DNA of 64,000 nt from Thermoguttaceae bacterium (GCA_030530205.1 JAUMVK010000011.1:24887-88886); one strand, 5' to 3'. Shown: positions 18,589 to 28,051, numbered from the stretch's first letter. Translations and numbers: made by a program. The notes: generated by a model from the sequence alone, not told the origin.

Positions 18589-18743
18589 GTTAGGAGTTAG
18601 GAGCGAGGAGTTAGGAGTTGGAAATGGAAGGCGGTAATGAAGGCCGCAAGGCCGGAATTACGCGCCTTTCAAGGGTTGAAGTCTTTCTGCAAGCCGCGTT
18701 GCGCGAAGCGTCAACTTCTAACTCCTAACTCCTAACTCCTCAC
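18589..18743. repeat. Long-armed intergenic hairpin H3 (31-bp arms, 4 mismatches)
   Basis: Arms at 18589..18619 and 18713..18743, built of GTTAGGAG units. The loop shares exact 15-, 17- and 14-nt blocks (reverse complement) with 6856..6870, 1345..1361 and 1364..1377. Confidence 0.85.
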
Positions 18744-18749
18744 TATTTT

Positions 18750-19646
18750 TTACGGTTCGATCACTCCGAGCGCTTCGATCCGCGCCAGAATGTCCTTCTT
18801 GCCTTCCGGGGAGATGGACTTGAGCGGGAGACGGACGTCGCCCAGATCCAGACCGTGCGCGGCCATCATGACCTTGCCGGCCGCCACGCCGCCGTACTGG
18901 ACGAGAATGTCCACCACCTGGCAGACTTTCCGCATGGAGGCCTGCACCGCGTCGAAATCGCCGGCTTTCAGGTCACGGACGATTTTCAGGTACGTCGGGG
19001 CCATGTAGTTGTACGTGCTGCCGATTGCTGATTTCGCACCCAAGGCCACCGCGCCGGCAAAGAATTCATCGACGCCGAACGTGATGTCGTACTTGCCGTC
19101 CAGTGCCGCCATGCAGTTCTGGTACTCGTACAGGTCCACGCTGTTGAACTTGATTCCTGCCAGCTGCGGCATACGCTTGTCTGCGCATTCGAGGAACTTG
19201 ACCATCGGCAGGCTGATCCCGGACATGCCGGTGTGGTAGTAGTAGAACGGGAGGTCCGGCGCGGTTTTGACCGCTTCGATGCAGTAATCGACGAGCGTCT
19301 CGACGTTGCCCGGCTTGAAGTAGTTGGCGGGCACGACGCTCACCGCATCGCAGCCGACTTTCTGGGCGTGGGCCGCCAGTTCCTGAACGTCTGGCAGAGC
19401 CAGCGCGCCAACGTGGGCGATGATCGTCAGTTTCCCCTTGGCGGCTTTGACCCACTCGGCCATGACGGTTTTGCGTTCCTCGACGGAGCAGGAAATTCCC
19501 TCGCCGGTCGATCCGCAAATATAGACGCCCATGACGCCCTGACGCTGAAGCATCTCGGCCTGTGCGCCGATGCATCCGTAATTGACGCTTCCGTCGGCGT
19601 TGAAGGCCGTATGCGTTGCCGCGATAAGTCCCGATAATTTTTTCAT
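18750..19646 (-). CDS. nanA: N-acetylneuraminate lyase (DapA/NAL family)
   Basis: GVYICGSTGEG and the Schiff-base Lys region (GIKFNS) are typical of the NAL/DHDPS family. RBS AGGAG lies 8 nt upstream of the ATG at 19646. Sits in a sialic-acid gene context. Confidence 0.85.
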   Translation of the reverse strand: MKKLSGLIAATHTAFNADGSVNYGCIGAQAEMLQRQGVMGVYICGSTGEGISCSVEERKTVMAEWVKAAKGKLTIIAHVGALALPDVQELAAHAQKVGCDAVSVVPANYFKPGNVETLVDYCIEAVKTAPDLPFYYYHTGMSGISLPMVKFLECADKRMPQLAGIKFNSVDLYEYQNCMAALDGKYDITFGVDEFFAGAVALGAKSAIGSTYNYMAPTYLKIVRDLKAGDFDAVQASMRKVCQVVDILVQYGGVAAGKVMMAAHGLDLGDVRLPLKSISPEGKKDILARIEALGVIEP

Positions 19647-19676
19647 ATTGATTACTCCTTTCAAGTGGTTAAAATT

Positions 19677-22424
19677 CTAATCGACCTCTTCCGGCACGTA
19701 TTTCCACGTCAGACCGTCCAGCTGATCCATCGTCGGCCGGCCGGTCAAGAGGGAAACGACGTACCCGACCACCACGCACGCCAGCAGTCCCGCGACGCTG
19801 TAAAGCAGGAAGTGCGGCTTGACCGGCACGACGTTCGTATAGATCAAAACGATGTTGACGATGTAGGACGCCGCCAGCCCGGCAACCGCGCCCGCCCCGT
19901 TGATCCTCGGGATGAAAAGGCCCATGACGAAGAGCCCCGCCAGCCCGCTGGTCAGGATCCCGATGACTTTCTGGAACTCCATAAACAGGGATTTGATGTC
20001 GATCGTCGCGATGAGCAAAGCGAAGGCGATCGCGGCCGTCCCGAAGATGAACGACGCCCATTTGGCGACCTTGAACGCCTTGACCTTGTCGTTGCTGATG
20101 AACCGGCAGTAGAAGTCGGACATAAACGCCGTGGACGCCGAGTTGAAGTTCGCGGAGAGCGTGGACATTGCCGCAGCAAAAATGGCGGCAATGAGCAGGC
20201 CCGAAACGCCCGTCGGCAGGCTCGAAACGATGTACGTCGGGAAGACCGCATCGTTCTGGTACATCGACCAGTCAAACGAGCCGGCGTTCGATTTGTAGTA
20301 CGCGTAGAGCGTCGTCCCGATGAAGTAGAACAGCGTGCAGCTCATCACCGACAGGATCCCGTTGAACCAGATCGAACGGGCGGCCGCCTTTTCGTCTTTG
20401 GTGGTCATGTACTTTTGAACGATCGTTTGGTCGGACGTGTAGGAACTGAGGTTGATGGCGATCCCGCCGATAAACGTCACCCAAAAGACGGGCTCCACCA
20501 GGGACCAGCTAAAGTCGAACGCGTGAAATTTCTGATTGGCCATCGCCAGCTGGAACACGCCGGACACGCCGCCGTCGGTTCCCATGATCATCATCGTAAC
20601 GGCAATCAGGGCGCCGCCGACCAGAACCACCGCCTGGATGAATTCCGACCAGATTACCGCGCTCACGCCGCCGATGGTCGAGTAGATCACCGTCACCGCC
20701 CCCACCAGGACGATGGAGACGAAGAGGTTCATGCCGACGATCACCGAAAGGGCCAGCGCTGGCAGGTACACGACGATCGCCGAACGCACGATCATGAAAA
20801 TGATAAACGCCGCGGAAGCGAAAACTCGGGAGAAAACGTTAAAACGCTTTTCCAGGTACTCGTAAGCCGATGTGATCTTCAGCCTCCGATAGAACGGCAA
20901 ATACAGGTAAACGACGATCGGAGCGAGAATGAAGATCGCGAACGTCATCGGGTACATCCACCACGAAGAACTGAACGTCATGGCGGGGATCGTCATGTAC
21001 GTAATGGACGAGAGCATCGCGGCAAAGATCGCCACGCCGTTGACCCACCACGGAATCCGGCCGCCGCCTTTGCAGTAGTCGTCGATCCCCTTGTTTTTCC
21101 GCATGAAGAAGTACCCAAAGGGAAGCATCAGGCCCAGGTACACTAAAAAGACGGTCCAGTTTACGGTCCCGAACCTCCGGTCAAGCGCCAGATTGAGGAC
21201 CTGCAGACCCGCCCAGCGCTGCGCCGGTTTGACTTCCCCGCCGACGACCATGAGCTGATTGCTGAAGTTCATCACCGCCGCGCCGCAGACGGGCGTGGGG
21301 ATCGTCACGTTCCCCTTTTCGAAAAACGTTCCTTCTTCGATGACCGTATGGTAAACGAACATCCGTTTTTCCCAGTTGAACGACTCAGGCGTCCGGGCGT
21401 AGTACTGGGTCAAATATTCGTCTTTCTCAGGCCCGGAAAGCGTGTTGAGCTTTTCGTTCACTTCCGTCCAGACGTCGGCGTTGACGCCGCCGACGAGGAG
21501 GATCGACTCGGAGCCAACGACGACTGCCGTGGAACCGATCGAGCAAAAGCGCTCGCCCTTGTATTCGAGGTCCGCCAGGCGGGTCCATTTGACCTTCAGC
21601 GTCCCCGCGTCGTCCCGATCCGGCTGCATTTTCCAGACGTCGTACAGAGGTTTTCCGTTCGCGCCCTCCGCTTTGTCGTATCCGCCAAAAACGAACAGGG
21701 AAGCGTTGTCGTGGATCGTATCAAGATTGGAAATCCGAACCGCGCCGGCCGGCTGGGAACGCACGACGCCGTTTTGCACGTCGTCCGGAATGCCGTCCAG
21801 CTCGACCCATTTCCCCCCATCCAGAGCAAACAGTTTCCCGCTGGCGAAAACGTAAGGGACCTTCCCGATCGCACCACCGCAGCCCATCGAACACGGGGCG
21901 GGCAGATCCGGCCCGGACGTCAGCTCGACCGAATCGGTCTGGGCGTTGAAAACGGCTTTCCAGACTTTGACCGACTCGCCGTTTTCATTCGCGCCGCCGC
22001 AGAGCAGCAAATACGAATCGAACGCCACCGTGACTCCTTCCGCGACCGGCTCAGGAAGTCCCTCGGGCGATTCCTTGCCATCGACAAAAACCCGCACCGG
22101 TTTCGCTTTCCAGACGGTTTTCCCGTCCGCGGTTTCCTGAACGAGCCGGGAAACGGTCCGGGCGTAACACTTTTTTCCGCCGTCCGCGACAGGAGCGTCA
22201 AAATACGAACCGCCAAAGGTCAGCGCGACCTTCTGAAGGTCACCCGGGGCGGCGTTCGTCTTGCCAACGACCCCGAAAAATGGCCGTGCGACCGCTTGAG
22301 GCAGAACATCCGACTGTGTTACCCATTGCAAACTGGCGTTGTTCTCAAGTCCCTTCGCTGAAAATGAGGTAAAAAATAGAATCGCGACAATAGCCGCAGT
22401 GTAAATGATGTGTCTAATGTTCAT
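19677..22424 (-). CDS. Fusion: Kelch-repeat NanM-like mutarotase + sodium:solute symporter (SSS)
   Basis: Signal/TM, then about 400 aa of Kelch-type beta-propeller repeats (VFGG, LLVGG, MVVGGE). About 500 aa follow with SSS-family TM blocks (GGRIPWWVNG, TIGGVSAVIWSEFIQ). Confidence 0.8.
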   Translation of the reverse strand: MNIRHIIYTAAIVAILFFTSFSAKGLENNASLQWVTQSDVLPQAVARPFFGVVGKTNAAPGDLQKVALTFGGSYFDAPVADGGKKCYARTVSRLVQETADGKTVWKAKPVRVFVDGKESPEGLPEPVAEGVTVAFDSYLLLCGGANENGESVKVWKAVFNAQTDSVELTSGPDLPAPCSMGCGGAIGKVPYVFASGKLFALDGGKWVELDGIPDDVQNGVVRSQPAGAVRISNLDTIHDNASLFVFGGYDKAEGANGKPLYDVWKMQPDRDDAGTLKVKWTRLADLEYKGERFCSIGSTAVVVGSESILLVGGVNADVWTEVNEKLNTLSGPEKDEYLTQYYARTPESFNWEKRMFVYHTVIEEGTFFEKGNVTIPTPVCGAAVMNFSNQLMVVGGEVKPAQRWAGLQVLNLALDRRFGTVNWTVFLVYLGLMLPFGYFFMRKNKGIDDYCKGGGRIPWWVNGVAIFAAMLSSITYMTIPAMTFSSSWWMYPMTFAIFILAPIVVYLYLPFYRRLKITSAYEYLEKRFNVFSRVFASAAFIIFMIVRSAIVVYLPALALSVIVGMNLFVSIVLVGAVTVIYSTIGGVSAVIWSEFIQAVVLVGGALIAVTMMIMGTDGGVSGVFQLAMANQKFHAFDFSWSLVEPVFWVTFIGGIAINLSSYTSDQTIVQKYMTTKDEKAAARSIWFNGILSVMSCTLFYFIGTTLYAYYKSNAGSFDWSMYQNDAVFPTYIVSSLPTGVSGLLIAAIFAAAMSTLSANFNSASTAFMSDFYCRFISNDKVKAFKVAKWASFIFGTAAIAFALLIATIDIKSLFMEFQKVIGILTSGLAGLFVMGLFIPRINGAGAVAGLAASYIVNIVLIYTNVVPVKPHFLLYSVAGLLACVVVGYVVSLLTGRPTMDQLDGLTWKYVPEEVD

Positions 22425-22630
22425 TGCATCGTCGTTTTCAAATGCGGAAATGATCGTAAGGAACGTTACAGGCACCGTCAAACATTTCTCTAATATCTCT
22501 TTTTATACTAACATACTATTTTACACTACCTTCAAAACTACACAAGAGGGGCCACTACAATAATTAAGGAAGTTCACGAAAACTTACGAGGCTTTTTCAT
22601 TTTAACCACCCAATAACCGTTTGTAATTCC

Positions 22631-22775
22631 GGTTCATCCGACAAGTGCGTACCGACACCTTTTAATCCCCAGGATTTTTAGCTTGAAGTATTCTCCATCG
22701 CGAAAACCATAAGCCTGACGTTTCATCGTCTTGATCTTGTTGTTCAGTCCTTCCAATGGACCGGTGGAGGAAGAA
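22631..22775 (-). mobile_element. ISL3-family transposase 3' remnant plus IS end (copy B)
   Basis: The minus-strand translation TGPLEGLNNKIKTMKRQAYGFRDGEYFKLKILGIKRCRYALVG is a typical ISL3 transposase C-terminus. The terminus GGTTCATCCGACAAG starts at 22631. Confidence 0.75.
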
Positions 22776-23227
22776 GAGAACCTGGAGGATGTTTTGGCTC
22801 GGGAGTGGCCCAAATCTCGTCGTAAAAGAAATTTCAGACCCTATCGCCGCAGATGGAAGCGGTAGTTTTTTTTGTGTTTTTTTTCAGAAAAGGCCAAGCC
22901 ATTGATCCGGTTTGGCCGCAACTTAAAACTCTGATATTTTAAGATTATTGTACGTGCCAACTCGCGTATCTAGGCCAGACACCAGCATTCTATAAAGCGT
23001 TTCTTTATTACTATGCCGTAATAAAGTTGGTGGAAGCCTGTGTTATGTCTACGAGTATAGCCTTTTATTGCCAAAGAAGAATCGGGGTTTGGTAGCATTC
23101 TCCTTATTTCTTTTTAACTTTCTGATTTTGGATTTACCTATATAGGTCAAGTGTAAGCGAAAAGTAGACACCAAATGACGAAAATATTACACTCAACTGT
23201 CTACTTTTCCCATTATTCATTGAAATT

Positions 23228-23596
23228 ATGGTCAATTCACGCGAAAAAGGAGCCAGGGCCGAACGGGAACTGGCAGGGAAACTGAGAGAACTGCTCGGAG
23301 TTGAGGCTCGGCGCGGACAGCAGTTTTGCGGAGCGAATGGGGACGCGGACGTCGTCGGGATCCCCGGCGTTCACATCGAAGCCAAGATGGTTGAGAAACT
23401 CAACCTGGAGCTGGCGATGGATCAGTCCAGGCGAGACGCGCGACCGGGGGAGATCCCCGTCGTGATCCACCGCCGAAAACGGAAGCCGTGGCTCGTGACG
23501 GTCCCGCTGGAGGAGCTGAAGGAATTCTGCCGGATCGTGGTGGATGCGCAAAAATCTCAGGAGGAAGGGTTGACTTTTCGAAAGGAGAGAGTATAA
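23228..23596 (+). CDS. PD-(D/E)xK nuclease, Hjc/phage resolvase-like
   Basis: KGARAEREL...GDADVV...HIEAK gives a D...ExK arrangement in a 122-aa phage-type protein. Confidence 0.5.
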   Translation: MVNSREKGARAERELAGKLRELLGVEARRGQQFCGANGDADVVGIPGVHIEAKMVEKLNLELAMDQSRRDARPGEIPVVIHRRKRKPWLVTVPLEELKEFCRIVVDAQKSQEEGLTFRKERV

Positions 23597-24060
23597 TGGG
23601 AAGCAGTAAAGATATTGACCGGGTGCATGGAGGATTTCATATTCAGAAGTATGTGTCCAAAGAAACCATTGCCGGAATTAAAGTCATTCAGAAAAAAGAT
23701 GTATACAAAACTGGAAGGAGTGAAGACGCTCCGGCACATTCCAATACATCCACAGCCTATTTTTCAATCAATGGAGAAACTGGCCGTGTACTTTCCCTGA
23801 AAATTTATGAAAATCGGGATTCCGTGATGGAATTTCACATGCACGAAACAGGAGAAAGGAATAAAGAAGGGACAGTTCATTATCATATTTACAGAAAAAA
23901 TAAAGATGGCAAAATTGAACGAGACGATAAAGAACGCCGTCTGACTCCTGAGCTTGAACTTAAATATGGACCGTTAATGCAAGCGGCTTATGAACGAAAT
24001 ATAAGCCTTGGATTGGGAGGAAATCCGCCCAATTATGATTTCATTGAAAAGGATAAATAA
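23596..24060 (+). CDS. Hypothetical protein
   Basis: The ATG at 23596 follows GGAGAGAG and overlaps the upstream stop region. 154 aa, no recognised domain. Confidence 0.4.
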   Translation: MGSSKDIDRVHGGFHIQKYVSKETIAGIKVIQKKDVYKTGRSEDAPAHSNTSTAYFSINGETGRVLSLKIYENRDSVMEFHMHETGERNKEGTVHYHIYRKNKDGKIERDDKERRLTPELELKYGPLMQAAYERNISLGLGGNPPNYDFIEKDK

Positions 24061-24061
24061 A

Positions 24062-24397
24062 ATGGAAGACAAACTGATAAGCAGAATTCCAGGTTCCAAG
24101 ATTGGACTTGAGGAAGATGATCCGAACTTTGCACCTATTGACAATCTTTTGTATTGGCTGGATTATGGCGGATTTGAGCGATGCCAATTCAAATATAAAG
24201 GAGTTTGGTATGTAATTCATTGTGATGCTTGGGAAGGTGGCAGGGATTATTATTTCGCAACGACCAAAAATGAAGGCAATCCACTGATGGAATCTAAAAG
24301 CGTTTGGGAAATTTTGGATTCTCCATTGCTTCCAGATGGGAAAACTCCGCGGCAAGCTCTTTGCGAAGTATCCTTCGATGAATATCAAAATATTTGA
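24062..24397 (+). CDS. Hypothetical protein
   Basis: The ATG lies 1 nt after the upstream stop. 111 aa, no recognised domain. Confidence 0.4.
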   Translation: MEDKLISRIPGSKIGLEEDDPNFAPIDNLLYWLDYGGFERCQFKYKGVWYVIHCDAWEGGRDYYFATTKNEGNPLMESKSVWEILDSPLLPDGKTPRQALCEVSFDEYQNI

Positions 24398-25242
24398 AAA
24401 TGAACTATTCGGCAAAACGAACTGCAAAAATTTACAATTACTCCCTATTCGACCCTTTGAGTACAGAAGGTTTATTTGACATTCCACGGCTTCAAAGGGT
24501 CAATGTAGTTCCAGAAGTTATTATTCCTTTTAACTACGCCCTATCCTTTCAAGGGGATATGGGAAAGACGGGGGTGCATTTCTTTATTGATGATTATCAG
24601 TTTGAAAGAATATGGCACCAACCAGAAAAATACCTGAATGTTCTTCGGAAATTTCAATGTGTTTTTACTCCGGACTGGTCTATGTATCTTGATTTTCCGG
24701 CAGCGGCTCTTTTGTGGAATCACTACCGGAAACAGGTGATTGGGCAGTTTTTCCAAAATAATCAAATTCAAGTTGTTCCTACTGTAGGTTGGGGATTTCC
24801 AAATTCGTATTCTTTTTGTTTTCAAGGAATTCCAACACATGGAACCATCGCGGTTTCTACAATGGTTGGAAAATCAAATGTTTATCGAAAAATCTGGCAA
24901 GATGGAATGACAGAGACAGTTCGAAGACTGAAGCCAGAGCAGATCCTCGCGTACGGTCAGCCGATCGAGTTCGACCCGGCCGGTGCGGAAGTCGTGTGGT
25001 TTCGGTCCGAGCATCTCGACCGGATGCGGAAAATCAAGAGAAAAGGGAATGGGCCGCGGACGAATTTCCTGGTTCAGAATCCACGGCTGGTGTATTACGT
25101 CGCGAATATGATGGGGATCCAGGAAGGACCCGACGGGAGCGGACCGCCTCTCAGAACTCCACAAACCGCCGCGTTTTTTTCACCACTTCCGCCGTCTGTC
25201 CTTCCTGGAAATCCGGCCTCCATCTGCAAGACGCGCTCTTGA
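24394..25242 (+). CDS. DUF4417-like protein (3' end probably corrupted)
   Basis: HFFIDDYQFERIW, TPDWSMY and WN.YR....GQ blocks match DUF4417 as I remember it. The start overlaps the upstream stop. The last ~40 aa are low-complexity and overlap the minus-strand tape-measure fragment. Confidence 0.55.
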   Translation: MKMNYSAKRTAKIYNYSLFDPLSTEGLFDIPRLQRVNVVPEVIIPFNYALSFQGDMGKTGVHFFIDDYQFERIWHQPEKYLNVLRKFQCVFTPDWSMYLDFPAAALLWNHYRKQVIGQFFQNNQIQVVPTVGWGFPNSYSFCFQGIPTHGTIAVSTMVGKSNVYRKIWQDGMTETVRRLKPEQILAYGQPIEFDPAGAEVVWFRSEHLDRMRKIKRKGNGPRTNFLVQNPRLVYYVANMMGIQEGPDGSGPPLRTPQTAAFFSPLPPSVLPGNPASICKTRS

Positions 25243-25921
25243 CTCCTGACTCACTTGGTACCGCGCCGATGTCTTTCCCCTCGGCCATGAGTTTTTTGAT
25301 GCCTTCACTGCCTTCCTGGAAGAATGGCAAAAGTTTAAAGCCCGCTTCGCCGAAAAGCTCCATAGCGACACGGGTTTGCTCAGATTTGTCACCGATTGCT
25401 TGGATGTGATCTGCGAGTTTCATGATTTGGTCTTCATTAGACAGTCCAGCAAAGTCTTCTGTACTCAAACCAATCTTCCCCAATTTGCCGATTGCACCAG
25501 TATCTCCCATTTGGGCTGCGCCTAATTGGTTTTGAAAAGCCTTAATACCTTCTGTTAGAATCTCGAAATTCGCTCCACACTGTTCAGCTGCGAATTTTAA
25601 ACCTCCTAAGGACTCCACACCAATTCCAATTCTTTGTGAAGTTTTGGAAATTTGGTCGCCAAGGGCCACGAACCCATTGACAGCGTTCGAGAGTGGAGTT
25701 ATAATATAATTTGTCAGGATTAAGTGGAATGCCTTAATAGAAGTGGCAGCTGCAGTTATTACAGAAGAATATTCAACCCAACTGTTTTCACTTTTTTTGA
25801 GGGTACCACTTAAAGTGTTAAAACCTGTCTCAAGTTTGCGTAGTTCCTGCGTTGCAGTTGTAATGGCGTTTGTATTCGCAGTAATTGCAATGTGTAATTC
25901 TTCTGACATGGGAGTCACCAA
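25151..25921 (-). pseudogene. Phage tail tape-measure protein, N-terminal fragment
   Basis: Ala/Gly/Leu-rich helical protein with ALGDQISKTSQRIGIGVESLGGLKFAAEQCG and MELFGEAGFKLLPF blocks typical of the TP901-type TMP core. Far too short for a TMP. Confidence 0.6.
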
Positions 25922-26215
25922 TGCGTAAAGAGTATCGAACTTTTACAAAACACAGTCCACTGCACTTTGATACTATTCATCGCGAAATAACTTATGATAA
26001 CAACGGGAATATTGTGGATGTTCAGGACCGTAATCTTTCCGAGGAGTTTCGGAAAGAAATAAGGAGCCAGGACAAAGCCCAAAAGGAAATCCAAAGGAAA
26101 AAACAAATTAAAAACAGCAAGGAAATATGGAAAAACATGTCAAAAGCGGATAAACAGTTAGTTTATTTCGGCTATACATGTCTTTTCATTGCCTTTTTAA
26201 TTGTCATTTTCCTGT

Positions 26216-26751
26216 TTATTTATGACTCGTGTGTTCCTGGTTGAAAAAATTTGCGGCAAACGCTTTACATTCCGCATGGTTGGCCATGCGGATGTTTTTT
26301 TGCTGATGGCAGTAGGGGAAGTCGGAGACTTTTAAGGCTCCGGATTTCCCGCGCCAGGTGTTGGCGATCAGGCAGGTCGAAACGGCTGTCCGGTACCATT
26401 CCTGTTTGCGTCTGCCTTCTGCCATTTGAGCCAGGTCCCGAAGCGAAAACGGGGCCGGGTTCAGGCCGATTTCTCCAGCGTACTCCCGGATGAGACGCCA
26501 AGTTGAGCCGTGCTCCGGTCGAGGTCGCGGATCACGTTCTGCTCCGCCGCTTCGATCACTTTTTCCTGATAAATCTCCTCGCGTTCCATCACCTTTTGAA
26601 TGGCGGCTTTCACGCGAGGATTCGGGATAAAATCCAAAAGCGCTTCCTCCCACGCCTTCACCAGCGGAAGGACCTGCTCGCCGCTGATCCGGGAACCGAA
26701 CCAGTCCGCCGCCTTCTGGATCGAAATCCAATTCACGCAGAAAGTGCCCAA
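26216..26751 (-). pseudogene. Frameshifted phage tail-assembly-chaperone-like remnant
   Basis: Two frames are needed (26461..26751, then 26216..~26500). EIGLNPAPFSLRDLAQMAEGRRKQEW resembles GTA/phage TAC proteins. Lies upstream of the TMP fragment on the same strand. Confidence 0.4.
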
Positions 26752-26998
26752 ACCTTGTAAAAAGTCGGTCCAAAAGCCGATTGTTTTTCAGCCGTTCGCG
26801 GAAATTCCAGGTCGATTCCGGGAAACCGCTGAAACGACACACGGTCGGCGATTTGTTATTCCATATCCTCGTCGCTGAGGTTGTACAAACACTGAAAAAT
26901 AAGGATTTTGAACATCATCACGACGTCGTACGGCAGACGCCCGCCGAGCCGAGCGTCCTTGACCTTACTGACACGATTTAACTCTCCTTTCGAGGGGA
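26700..26998 (-). pseudogene. IS5/IS1182-family transposase N-terminal (DUF772) fragment
   Basis: GRLPYDVVMMFKILIFQCLYNLSDEDME*QIADRVSFQRFPGI carries an in-frame TAA where Tyr is expected. A frameshift then leads into STWNFRERL...LF. Confidence 0.65.
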
Positions 26999-27244
26999 TC
27001 CGCTCCACCAAAACAGCGAACCGATTCGCGATTTTTCAAGCCGGTCCATCTTCCTGTCGGTCATAAACATCCACTCACCCGTTTCGCCCTCCAATTTCAA
27101 TTTTTATAACAGATTTTGATTTTTTGTAAATCGGAGGAGTTTTGAGAACTGCCTCGCATTCAGTTAATGGGTTAAAATGCTTAGATTTTTTTTACGGAAA
27201 CCATCTTCCAATATTTCAGAAAATTTTTTGATTTTTGTGGGTCA

Positions 27245-28051
27245 CTAAGATTTAATACATACACCAGATAGTAAGGCCAGTGTACAGTCATCCATCGTTT
27301 TCTGGAGGAAAACTTCTTCCAGCGCGGTCTGCAGAGCGTCTGAGACTTCGTTTGAGGCAGAATCATCGAGCCACGTCAGGATTTGAGCCACCGCAGGTGC
27401 TGTGCGCAATTCGGACGCCTGGATCAACGAGTTTTCCAGCCCGTCCGTGAAAAGGGCAAAAGATCGGACCGAGCAAGTATTTCGGATGATTTCGGTGTTT
27501 CGGGCCGCGTCTTTGTCTGTAACGAAGAAGGTCACGTTGGCGTAGTCCCCTTTTGCGGGGCAGGAAACGATAAACGGTCCGTTTTCACCAAGTCCAACGA
27601 TTCCGCCGTCGCCGATGTGGACAGCCAGCCAGCTTCCATCGAGGTGGAGCACTGCTGCCACAAGTGTGCAAGAGAAGGGTTTCAAATTTTGGGGACTGCT
27701 CTTCAGGCCTGCAAATTTGCGGATGCGGCGTTGAATGACAGAGATGAGACGTTTGGCAATTTCCTCACGCGAAACACCGGGGTACTGGATCCGATGGTAA
27801 TTCTCCAGAAGCCAGCGAGCAGCGGCTCGCGACGCGATTTTGGCGCCCAGGCTTCCGAACCGGCAGCTCCCTGCTCCGTCGCAGACAGCAACCGCTTCGA
27901 GAAAGACTTTTCCCTTCCAGTTCTTGAGCGTTTCGATGGCGTATGCGTCTTCGCAAAGCGTACCGTGCCTGCGGTGCGAACGGCCGGTCGCGCTGGCTGC
28001 CGCCGCTTTGATCTCTTCAATGTCAAATGGGTAGTTCATGATCGTGTGCAT
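27245..28051 (-). CDS. PP2C-family Ser/Thr phosphatase (TerY-P triad component)
   Basis: CEDAY, AVCDGAGS, HIGDGGIV and LFTDGL blocks are typical of PP2C_2. Third gene of the kinase-vWA-PP2C operon. Confidence 0.8.
   Translation of the reverse strand: MHTIMNYPFDIEEIKAAAASATGRSHRRHGTLCEDAYAIETLKNWKGKVFLEAVAVCDGAGSCRFGSLGAKIASRAAARWLLENYHRIQYPGVSREEIAKRLISVIQRRIRKFAGLKSSPQNLKPFSCTLVAAVLHLDGSWLAVHIGDGGIVGLGENGPFIVSCPAKGDYANVTFFVTDKDAARNTEIIRNTCSVRSFALFTDGLENSLIQASELRTAPAVAQILTWLDDSASNEVSDALQTALEEVFLQKTMDDCTLALLSGVCIKS

Noticed and set aside
6821-18743. The long-armed hairpins as integron attC sites marking gene cassettes.
   Set aside because: - No RYYYAAC/GTTRRRY core pairs sit at the arm ends.
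- No intI gene is present.
- The flanking genes are co-adapted metabolic operon genes rather than promoterless cassettes.
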